Shown here in pieces: positions 34,016-46,000 of a stretch of 64,000 bases of DNA. This DNA is from a virus (lineage: Duplodnaviria; Caudoviricetes). Made by a program: the position numbers and the translations under genes. A model generated the notes under the pieces. It was not told the DNA's origin. It did not search any database and saw only the letters and a list, made by a program, of their open reading frames with translations. Location: IMG/VR virus record IMGVR_UViG_3300031992_000079, positions 1-64,000 of that record. One strand, given 5' to 3'. The number at the start of each line of letters is the position of its first letter. Position 1 is the first letter of the stretch.

Positions 34016-37000
34016 ATGGCATCTTACATTCCCAATCCTTATCTTAGCAGAGAACAGCAGCAGGAAATTGCTAACATTCAGAGTCAATATACTGATTCTG
34101 ACTATAAGAATGCCTTAATCTCCTTAATGAATAATGATGCTCTTACTCCTCAGGAAATGGAACAGAGGAGAATGGAAGAGATTGCTCAGTCAAATGCAAG
34201 ACTTCAGCAATCAAGAGAGAGCAGAGAAAGCATCTACATGAGAGCCAGTGCTAAGGTGAGAGAACTCATCAATAGACCTGAAATCATGACTCCCAATGAG
34301 ATAGCTGAGGTTGTTACTAGTGACCCAGACTTATCTGTTGCTTATGCTACTGATAATGAGAAATATGGTTTAGTAAACCAGATACTTCAGGAAAGAAGCA
34401 GACTTGCTGACCCTGCAAGAGCATTAGATGGTAAGACTATTTCAGATGAAGAAGATTCCTTCTTAGGTAGTCTCTGGACTGGTGTTAAACATACCTTTGG
34501 CTCTATGGGTCCTAATGCCAGAAAGGCAAAGTCTATCCTTGACCTCAATGAACTGCCTCTTAAAGACCTTGATAAGATTAAGCGTAAGCAAGAAGTAGCT
34601 AATGATATTCAAGCCAAGATGGTGGAAGAGTCTGATAGGATGACTTCTCCTGATATGGCTCAAAGAGCAGAAGCTCTTAGTAAGTACAAGTACTTCCAGA
34701 ATGAGTTAAACAAGTTACAGCTTACTCCTGAAGAGCAAAGACTCTGGGATACCTATGGTGAGCAATACACTAATCTGCATGGTGATTTAGACCTTGCCAA
34801 TGCTCAGCTTTCTGATTTGAATAATACTGTCACTTCTGAAGAAGCTGAAGCATTAATGGCTGATAGACAAAGAGACCGTAACTTCACAGCTCTTGGTCAA
34901 TCAGCTAACTATGATAACTGGGATTATGTACAAGCAACTATTAGTGACAAGATTAAACACTTCTCTCCTAGTAAGATGCTTGGAGAGATTGCTGCTACTG
35001 CCCTTCCTTTCTTTATTCCTGTAGTTGGTCCTGTTCTTGGTACTATTGGTTTCACTGCCAGAGCAGCAGCTTTTAGCTCTGATGCTTTAGAGCACTTTGC
35101 TAATAACTTAGAAGCCTACATGAATGAGCATGGTCAGATACCTGATGACAGAGCTATTGGTATCATGGCTGCTGCTATTGGTTCTGCTGTAGCAGACTTC
35201 TATGGTTCTAAACTCTTTGTAGGTGGTTTAGGTAAAGCAGGTATAGTAAAGAGCATAGAAAATGATTTCAAGAATGCTCTTGTTAATGTAAAGCCTTTAA
35301 TTGGTAAAGTAAGCAATAACTCTATGGCTCACGCTATAGCAGCTTCTATGGCTACTCAGCTTTCTAAGAAGACTGTTAAGAGTGGTGTAGGAGAAGAGCT
35401 TTCTACTGCTGAAAGAGCCATTAATAAGATTATATCTGGTAAGGCAGAAGCAATATCTTCTGCTGGTGTCAGATATGCTAAGAAAGCCAATAAACTTGCC
35501 CATGAATACACAGGTACAGGAATACAAGACATAGCATCTGCTGGTGTTAAGCTTGCAGGTGAAAACATTGGTTCTACTCTATTTGACCAATTAGCACTTG
35601 ATAAGTTTGATGCTAAAGCTCTTGTTGATGCTGGTGTATCTGGCTTAATTGGTGGTGCTATGTTCCATGGTGTTGCTTCACCTGGAATGGCATTAGCAAG
35701 AATGGGTAAGCAACAGGTTCAGCAGCGTATTGGACCTAAGTTTAAGATTGATTCTGAAAAGGATTGGCAAGCTACTCTTGATAATATGAATCTTCCTGAG
35801 AATAGGAAGTACAAAGAACAGTACATTGAAACTTATCAATCTGGCTTAGAGAAGATGGAAGGTGAGATTGATGAGACCATTACCAAGGCTGTTGAGCAAG
35901 CAACTGACAGATATGGTGAAGCAATAGGGAAGAATGCTGCTGGTGAGTGGATATTCAATGAAAAGAAAGCTGCTAACCTTACAGAGAAAACCAAGAAGCA
36001 AGCTGTTAAGGATGTTAAGAAGCTTAATAAGTTAGAAGCTAATGCTGAAGAAGCTAAACAGGTAATTGCTTCCAGGAATGAAGCTTTAACTAAGTTACAG
36101 CAAGCTACAGTTAAAGAAGATTATGAGGAAACCAAGGACTTAGATTCTGAATTAACTGAAGAAGAAGTAGAAGCCAGAGAAGAAGCTTTCCATAAATATG
36201 CTAGTGATGAGGATAAGGTTAAAGCACTGGTAGAAAGTGAAAAGATTACTGAGGAACAAGCTAAGCATATTATTAATCCTTCTACTTCTAAGATTGCTGT
36301 AGATAGTGAATTAAAGCCAGCATTAGAGAAGTATGGTGAAACTACTGCTGAACTGTATGAAGACCTTGAAGGCAATAAGGAAGTAATACAGGCTCTTAAT
36401 GAAGCAGATAAGACTAAGTTTGATACCGCTATTGATGACTTGGTTTCTAAGAAAACCATCTCTAAAGAAAGAGCAGATGTACTTAAAAGCAGATTCACTA
36501 AAGAAGAATTTGAAAGAACTCAGAGAACAGATAACGAAGTAAATGAGGAAGGTAAGAATAGAGCAGGTGAAACAGTACCTTTTAGCAAGTATAACAAACC
36601 CTCACAGAAAGATATTCAGGATGCCTTAAAAGTAGATGATACTACTAAGGACTTTGTTAAAGAGAATCCCTTAAATGCAGGTAAAGACTTATCTCTTGCA
36701 GATTTGTCTGATGCTGCTGTCACTCCTTCAATCCGTAAATCATTCTTAAATGATAAGTCTCTTGAAGCCAACAGACTTGATTTGTTTAATGCTATTAAAG
36801 CCAATAGCAAACTTTCAGAGACAGAGATAAATAACTTCCTTAATCCTTTTGTTAAGGAGGTTAAGGATGCCTTTAAGAATGCCAATGAAGTAAACAAAGC
36901 ACTTAAAGACCAAAGAGCTTTTGCCACTGAAGCAGAGGCTAAAGCCTTTATTGATAAAATCAATAAGAAGGCAGGATTAGAAGCTTCTAGTCTTGTACCT

Positions 37001-40000
37001 AAGAAGATAGCAGGAAGATACATTGTTGAAGACATTATTGAGAACATTGATAAGAAAGAACTCAATAAAGCCAAGACAATAGAAGAAGCTCTTAAATGGT
37101 GGGATAGTCATAAGGCTGAGTATGCAAGAGTGCCTTATAAAGCAGGTACTATTGCTGATGTTATTGAAAAGAAGATTGTAAACAAGCTTAGAAAAGGTGT
37201 TAAGGATGAAAAGAAAGATGATGCCTTAAAGACCTTTAAGAATGCTGTAGAATCTGTTGAGAATGCTCTTGGTGCTGGTTTACAGACTGTTAGCAAAGAG
37301 GGTGTTAAGCATGCCTATACCAAAGCTAAAGAAGCCAAAGAATTCATGGAGGAATTTAAGAAACTCCAGAAGGAAATGGAGGAGACTAACAAAGTAAGCA
37401 AAGATATCGCTAAGAAACCTATTGAAGATATTGTTGCTGATATTGAAATAGGATTCGAGTACTTCTTTAGAGACTTAGGTATAACTGATATTTCTAAGAT
37501 TACAGAAACAGACCTTGTTGATTTCTTAAAGAATCATAAGCTCACTAGAAAAGATGAGATTAGGTATATTGAGTATCACAAGCTTATTACCAATTCTCAT
37601 ATAGATAGGAAAGCAGAGATTCTTGGAAGACTTGAAATTGTCAGGAATCTTATTGAATTAGCTAAAGCCAATGATGCTTTTGATGATACTCCAGATTTAC
37701 CTGTAGCAAGACTGTTCTATGGTAGAGGAAGAACAGGTGTTACCTGGGATACTACTACTGACAGAATGAATGCAGACAAGAGATACAATGCTCTCTATGC
37801 AAAGTTCTCTACCATGTATGAGATGGAATACATCAGTAGTGCAGAAATACCTACTGGTGCTATGTCTGCTACTGCTACTAAAGCACTTGAAGATGATGAA
37901 CTTAATAGAAAAGGTATCAATGAAGTAGTTCTTGAAAGAGAACTAATGAACTTTGACCAAACCAGAATAGACCAGATGGCTGAACTCTTCATGCTTATGA
38001 AGAATACTTCATTTGCAGGTAAAGCTGGTTTTGGTGACATGCTTCATAGAGCATTGGATGAATACAATGAGAGAGATGCTTCTAAGAAGATAAACAGTAC
38101 TATTATAGATAATAACGACCTTAGTTCTCTCAAGACTATCAACGCTAGAGCAAGAACTGATTTCTTTATTGCTATTGCAAGTACCAATACCTTTAAGAAC
38201 TTCTTTGGTTTAGTAAACCAGGGTACTAAGCATAAGACTCTGGAAGATTTCATTAAGCATTCTCCTGAGTACTCTCTTCCTGGTCATGCTAGTGATGTTT
38301 TCACTGATAAAACCATTACCAAATTAGGATATTACAATACTGCTACTCATAAGTATGAGTCTTATGATGCTCCTACATCTGGTACTTCTGCCTATGATAA
38401 TCTTGTAGCCTTAGATAACTACTTTAAGCTTAATGGTGCTCTCTATAATCATGTCTGGGATGATATAGCTCTTTCTAAGAGTAATCCTGCTAATACCTTA
38501 ATGGGTATCATTAGAGATAGATATGAATTAACTCATGCCAGTGCTAAGAAGTATCTTGGTTTTGGTAAGGGAGATGCAGTAGACAGAATCAAATCAAACA
38601 TGGAGGATTTACTTAAGAACCTCAATGTAAAAAAGATTGCTGATGCTACTGTCTTCTTTAATAACTTGTACCTAATCCAGAAGCAATGGATTGCTCGTGG
38701 TAAGGTATTAGTTTCTAATCCTGGTACTAGTGACCCCTTTAGTCAATTCAAAGATAGGCTTAGTAGCCTTTATACAGGTAAAGAAAATTTTAATGATGTC
38801 TTTGATAGAGTCTACAATCCTAGAGGTAAAGACAGAAGTACTGTAAGACAGATTCAGTTCCCCTTAACTGCTGCTATTATCAAGAATATAGCAGCTCAGT
38901 ACATGGAAAATGCTATTGAGCAAAATCCTAAGTTTACTCCTACAGATTTTGAGACTTTCTATAACCCTGCGAAGCAGGTTTATGACACTACTACTTTCTT
39001 AAAGAATACTACCTATGAAAGGTTTAGTGGCTTTAAGGAAATATCTACTGCTTTACAGACTGAGACTGCAAGACAAGAGTTAGCAGATGTAATCAGGTAT
39101 AACCTTGTAAGAGGCAAGATTAAGTTACAAGACATTCTGGACTTCAATGCTACTACTGAAGATGAAGGTGGTGTTAAGGCAGAATGGAGACTTAATGATG
39201 AGGGTGTAAATGCTCTTAAAGAGATATTCTCTGATAAAGATAAAGCTGGTTATAACGCAGATGTTGATTTAGAACATCAATTTAAAGATATTCCTAATCT
39301 TGAGAAGTTCTTTGCTGCTCTAATCAATGCTAAGAAACTGCATAATGTAGTTACCTTTAGAAAGAGTGGTACTAAAGAGACTCTTGATTCTACAGGTACT
39401 TATGAGCATATCGAGAATGATTTACTGAGATATGGTAAGAAAGACTTTGAAATCATTCCTAATGCAGAGAATATGTCTGTTCTGGCTTCTGATAATTTCA
39501 TTAAATATAGGGGTCAATTCAATACCAGCTACGCTGATAAAGCCAGATTAGATGAATTCTTACAGGAAGTATTAAAGCTCTCTGAATCTGCTGGTAAGTT
39601 CTCTAAGACTGCTACTAACTTAGCAGACCAAGTATTCATGCGTTCCTATAAGGGAATCCAAGCCTATAACAGGGAAGTAGTACATACTATTGCAGGTGTG
39701 TTCCTTTCTCATTTACCTAGACTCTCTTCTGGTCAGTCTGAGAAATGGGTAGATAAGCAAGTTACTACTGAATACTTTACTCAGAAAGCAGCAAATGTAT
39801 TTAAGAGGTCTAACTTCATCAGTAAGAATAATCTGGGAGAAGACTTAGGTTCTCAGATGATTACTGCTTTAGGTATTCGCTCAAGAGGTGATTTTGCTAC
39901 TCATGATGCTATACCTAGACTTGCTGCTGGCTTAGCTGGTAGAGCATTAGATATGGCTCAGGATAAGGGAATTATTAAGATTCTCTACTTCAACAGAAAG

Positions 40001-43000
40001 ACTGGTGATGTTACTGAGACTACTCAAACTAACTCTGACTGGTTCTCTGTTGTTCAAGTTACTCCTAATGTTGGTGAAGCTCTGTCTGAAAGAATGAAAA
40101 TTCTTAATGAGCCTAGACAAACCAGTAAGGGTAATAAGCACTTATTCACTGACTTACTTGGCTTCAATGCTGATAATAACAATACTATGACTGAAGAGCA
40201 GTTAAAGGAGAAGCAAGATAAGTTAGAAGAAAAATTCAACTCTAATGATGTTAATGGAGAAGACTTCTCCTATCAGAGAAAGTATAAGGATATTCCCTCT
40301 ATTGCTAAGGGTATTGGTGCTGCTGCTGATGGTAAAGAGTATGAAGTAAAGATTAATACCTATCACCAGATAGCAAGAATTAATCTCAGACCTAAAGGTA
40401 CTGCTGGAGCACCTAGCTATGTCTACTTAAGCAGGAATGAGATTATTAAGAAAGACCATACATACCTTTCTTATGCAAGACTAGTAGAAAATGCTTTCCA
40501 GAATAATACTGGGTATGAAACTGATGTTAAGAGAATCAAGCAAGAACTCTCTTTCCTTAAAGGATGCAGAACATTAGCAGACCTCTATAAGAAGTATGCT
40601 TCTCAGCCTAAGACTCTTGAGAAGTATCTGAAGTATATGGAAGTCACTGTTAAGAAGAAGACATCTGGTGCATTTGATAGAATTGACCAGACCATGCTTG
40701 AAGCTAAGTTCAAAGTATGGGCTGACTTCTATGCAGAGATGACTCCTCTTATTGCAGCAGCAGAGAAAGCAGGTAAGAGCACTCTTAAGCTGTACTTCCC
40801 TCTTATCAATACTATCAATAACCGTGTCTTCATTGATTCATTAGGTATCAATCCTCGTGAGTTCAAGCCTCTTAGAAACTTCTTTACTCCTGTCTATATT
40901 GATGTAGATGGTAAGAGAGTAGGTTCTGAGAATGTAGGTAACTATGATAAGGATGACAAGCCTATTAAGCGTACTGAAGCACAGAATAAAGTTCTTAAAG
41001 CTATTATTGGTTTCAACTTTGGCTTAGATACTGATAAAGCCAGAATGGATGAAATCTCTGATACTGTGGATGATATTCTTGCAGCCATTAAGAAAGTAAT
41101 GACTGCTAAGAATAATCCAGACCTTAGCACAATGAGTACTTTAGAAATCATTGATTTGATTGATGAGGTTAATCAGGAACTAACTGATAAGAAGTACACC
41201 ACTGTTAATAAGATTAAGGGTGTTGAGTTAGAGAAGCATTCAGAAGCTGTACTGGCTATGAAAGAACTTACCAGAGCAGCTAATCCTGGAACTCAGGAAA
41301 CAGTACTGGATTCCATTATCAATGATGATGATACAGTTATAAATAACTTCAAATTGCGTATTGAGGTTGATGGTCTTACCAATGGTACTGGTATTCATAT
41401 TTACTCCTCTGGTTGGATGGGTAATACAGATGAATACTCTTATGGCTTATTAGCTGGTGTAGGTATATTCCCCGCAGACTTTGGTAAGATGTCTGTAAGA
41501 GACTTCGTTAATGCCAAGCTTACTACTAATACAGACGACTCTTATCAGAGATTAGGCAGTACTGCTAAGGATATGGCTATTACCAGATTCATTAATGAAT
41601 TAGCTGGTAGTGCTCCTATAGGCAGAGAGCTTAATATGTTTAAGACATTTAAGCAGATTATAGGTGTTGATGCAGAAGCCAGTATTAAGGAGTTCTTTGA
41701 TAAGTTCTTTGACCGTGACACCATGAAGTATGTCCTTATGCCTACTTCCTATGGTGCAGGTAAGCCTTCCTTAATAAACTTCTTACATAATGTTATATCC
41801 AGAAAGATTTCTGAGAGAACAGCAAGTCTGTTAGATGCAGATGATATTGCTGCTATACATAATATGTATCAGCAATTAGCAAGACTTAATGGTGGTAAGC
41901 TGGTTCTTACAGATATTGAGGGTAACTCTGTAGACTATCATAGCTCTATGACTAGAGCTGATTTTGAGAGATTCTCTGTATTTGTTACTGAAAATGAAGA
42001 ACTCAAGAGCCAGCTTACTGATTCTCTGTGTGAGCCTATTGCTACTGCTGCTAATAATCTTATCTCTATGGCAGACAGACACAGTAAAGCACTTACTGAT
42101 GGTACTGAAGCATTTGCTCAAGTCTACAATCTGATGCTTTCTCATATCCTTACTTCATCTGACTTTGCTAAGAAAGGTTTACATCAGCTTACTAATGAGG
42201 ATGTAGAGAAAATTTCAGGAAGAATAGCATCTGCTATCAACATTGGTCAGGATGCTGCTTCTCTTGGCTTACTCAAGGATGCTGTAGATAACTCTATTCG
42301 TATTCTTATGATTAGAGTTCCTTCATTAATGAAGGAGGGTAAGGGTATTGTTCTTTCTACTAAGAACAAACTCTCTAAAGAATCTATTGCTTCTGCACTC
42401 TCTCCTGAAACCAATCACACTAAAGACTCTGACATCATTAACAGATGCCAAGCTGCAATACGTGAATCCTTAGGTGCTTTCTTAGGTATTCATGATGCTG
42501 TGATGGCTAACTTTGAGCAGATGGCTAATGGTGTTGGTAAAGAGATGAATAAGCAATTTGCTCATACCACATTCTATTCTTACAGACCATTACTTCAGTT
42601 AAGAAGTATTCTGGCTCAATCCAAGAGTTGGTTAAGACTGCATCAAACTGAGAACTCTTCCTATCACTACAGCTCTTTAGAGAGCCAGTTAGACTATGCT
42701 ATGACTCAGTTAGAGGAAGTAGCTATGTCTCAGATAGCAGGTAGAGTAGATGCCTTTAACAGGGTGATTAAAGAGAATAAGCCTATTACTGTAAACCAGT
42801 ATGCTATTGAGAATGTAACCAGTTATGAGATAACTCCTCAAATTGCTAAAGAGTTCTTAGATACTCTTACTGAGGATTTAAGAGTTAATAACATGGTTAC
42901 TATGGAGCAGTCTGACATTATTCAGTTTAAGTGGTTTGTTCAGAAACAAGTAGGAGGCTTAGACTTCTGGAGAACCATTGATAGTCAGGTTAAATCTGCC

Positions 43001-46000
43001 ACTATCAGCAGTATGGTTCAATTAAAGGACTATATTAATAACAAACAGATTGGCTTTAAGAAAGACACTATAGACAGGTTTAATGAGCTCTATAATGCCT
43101 ATGAAGCCACTGTTAAAGGTTCTTATGATTCAAGCTTTATTAAGGTCATGACTGATGCTGTAAGTGATTACAGAAGAGCTACTACTATTCATCATCATGA
43201 AGTATTAAGAGATTCTACTAACCTCCCGAAGGGAGAACAGAGAGAAGCAGTAAAAGAAGTTCTTGCTATTCTGGATACCATTAGAAGCTATGAGAAAGAT
43301 GGTAATAATGCAGATAAGCTTAACTTTGTAACTAATAATGATGCTGCTAATAGCCTTATAGAGCAGAGACTTAGAAGACTCCATGGAAGAATGAGTACTG
43401 ACTTTGGTACTTTTTCCACTCTCAATAACATTGTTATGGCTACTTCTTCTAACAGAGTAGATTTGCATAACATAGAATCTCTCAATGCTTTACTCCGTAG
43501 AAGCAAGACTGAGTTAGATGGTGAGTATCTTAATGTCTCTGACTTTGACAGGAATAAGCAGTCTGTAATCATTGATGTTGATGAGATTGATTATGCTGGC
43601 TTACTTACCAAGATTAGTAAAGACAGCTTAACCAGAAATCTCTCTGAGGAAGAGTTAATCCAGTTCTTCTATGAGCCTTATATTGGTCAGATAGAACAAC
43701 AGTTAAAGGCTGCTAAAGATAAGGGTACTCCTATACGTCAGATTGTCTTTGGCATGAATAAGGTAATAGACAGGATTCTCTTCTCTGCTATAAACAGACA
43801 GATAAATGACAGTACCTATGACTCTGTATGGAATGGTTTAACTATCAGTATTGTTCCTAGAATTACAGATAAGACTGATGGTGGAGTACAGTCCAGTGTA
43901 TTCTTCCATAACCAGATGATTGAGCAATTAGGAGAGAATGCTCACTTCTATACTCAGTGTCTTAATAATGAGAATAAGGACTTATCTGGCAGGAACTTCC
44001 TCTACAGAAACAAATTCACTCATGATTACTTAACCAGTAATTACATGAGCAGAATGCACGAGATGGTAGATGTATCCTATAACAAGTTAATGGATACTAA
44101 AGGACCTCAGAAGAAAGACATATGGGATGTAGCTAAAGATAAGGATGCTCTATCCTTTATTGGTACTGGAGACAGATTTGGTTATATAAACTATGATGAA
44201 TTTGACAGTGCCAATAAGGCTACTATTACTGAATACCATATGGCTACTGGCTTTGATAATACATCTATCAATGATGATGGCAATGTAAGGAAGTATGCTG
44301 GCTTCTCTGAAGATGAATTAGAAACCAGATATGAGACTGCTGTTAATGGCATTGGTGTTATGGATGATGGCAGGTTCAGACCTGCTAATAAAGACTGGGA
44401 AAAGGATATTAAAGAACATCCTACTATCTATGTAGGCATAATGTCCTCTGGAAGAATCTATGACTCTAATGCTTATTCCTTTATTGAGAGTGTACCTGAG
44501 TTTAAGCTTGCTTATGAGAAAGCCAAAGGAATACTTCAACATAGGCAGAGACTCTTAGCTAATGGTACCTATACCAATAGAGATGCTACTCTTATTCCTG
44601 TAACTATTCCTAATGTAAATTACAAGGGATTAAAGGTTAAGGTTAAATTTATAGTTAATCTTGATAATGTTTGTACTGTTAAAGAACTTAAAGAGAACAT
44701 AGTCAATACTGGTAAAGCATCTAACATAGGTAAGATTAATCTTACTATCCGTCCTGATGCTCCTAAGCGTATTAAGGATATGTTTGGTTTATCTTCAGAC
44801 AGGATTGCAGATATGACTCTTAATCCTAAGAGCAAGATAACCAAATTCTTATCTCAGTATTACTATGATAATAAACCTAATGCAGATAAGAGATATGTTG
44901 AGATTCCTGATGAATTAGCTAACAGAGCAAATCTATTAAGTAATAGTCTCAATACTGAGGATGTAAGACAGCTTGCTCAGTACAATGTAATCTCCAGTGC
45001 TGAAGACTCTTCACAGCAAATCTTCTTAGGTAAAGAAACCAATAGTAAGGGTATCTACAATGGTAATCAGAACTCCTTTACTATTGACTATACCAATGTA
45101 GCTTCTACAGAAGACAATCACAGAAGCTTCTACAATAAGTTTGCTGGTGCTGTATCCAGAATGGCAGTTAGAAGAGCTGAGAGATTTGCTAGCAGGATAC
45201 GCGGTTATACCTCTAATAAGAAGCCAGATGACTTAATGACTGATACTGAACTGGCTCTCTATAGGGATATTAACTGTGATGACATCAGGAGAATAGCTAA
45301 GTCTCTGGATGATTTAGATAAGCAAAATGGTATAGACAATTCTCATCTCTATGGTGTTCTTGACCAGCTTATTGATGCCAATATGCTTATCAGATACAGA
45401 CTGAATAAGTCATTAGGCAGAGATGGTGCTGCTGTTCTTAACAGAGTTAATGGTGTAAGAGTTGGTTATGTTACTCATGGTTTAGCAGCTAAAGGTGAAG
45501 GCTCTAATCTTGAAACCTTCCAACATGAGCTTACTCACGTACCTCTTGAGTTCTTATCTCTTGACCCTAGTGCCAATAACAAACTGCTGCAACTCTATAG
45601 ATATGTGTCCAGTAACATTACTATGGACCACTTTGAATATGGTGATGCTGAAGACAGAAGGATAATGGATTACTTATTCAAAGATCCTACTACTTCAGAC
45701 CCTCATTTAGAGTTCCTGGATTATGCTATTAACAATGCCAGATTTAGAGCTGCTTTAAGAAATCTTACCAATGATAAGAATATGGCACCTGAGTTTGAAT
45801 CCAAGATTAGGTCTATATTCAATAGATTTATAGGCACTCTTAAAGAAGGAAAGAAGCCAGATATTCTTGATGCTTGTGACAAGATATTTAAGCGTTCTCT
45901 TGCTATTGCAAAGCATTACTATAATAAGAATCCTACTGTTCCTGCTGAGACATTTTCACAGCAAAGAACATTACTGGATAAGGCAAATCTTATCTTTGAG

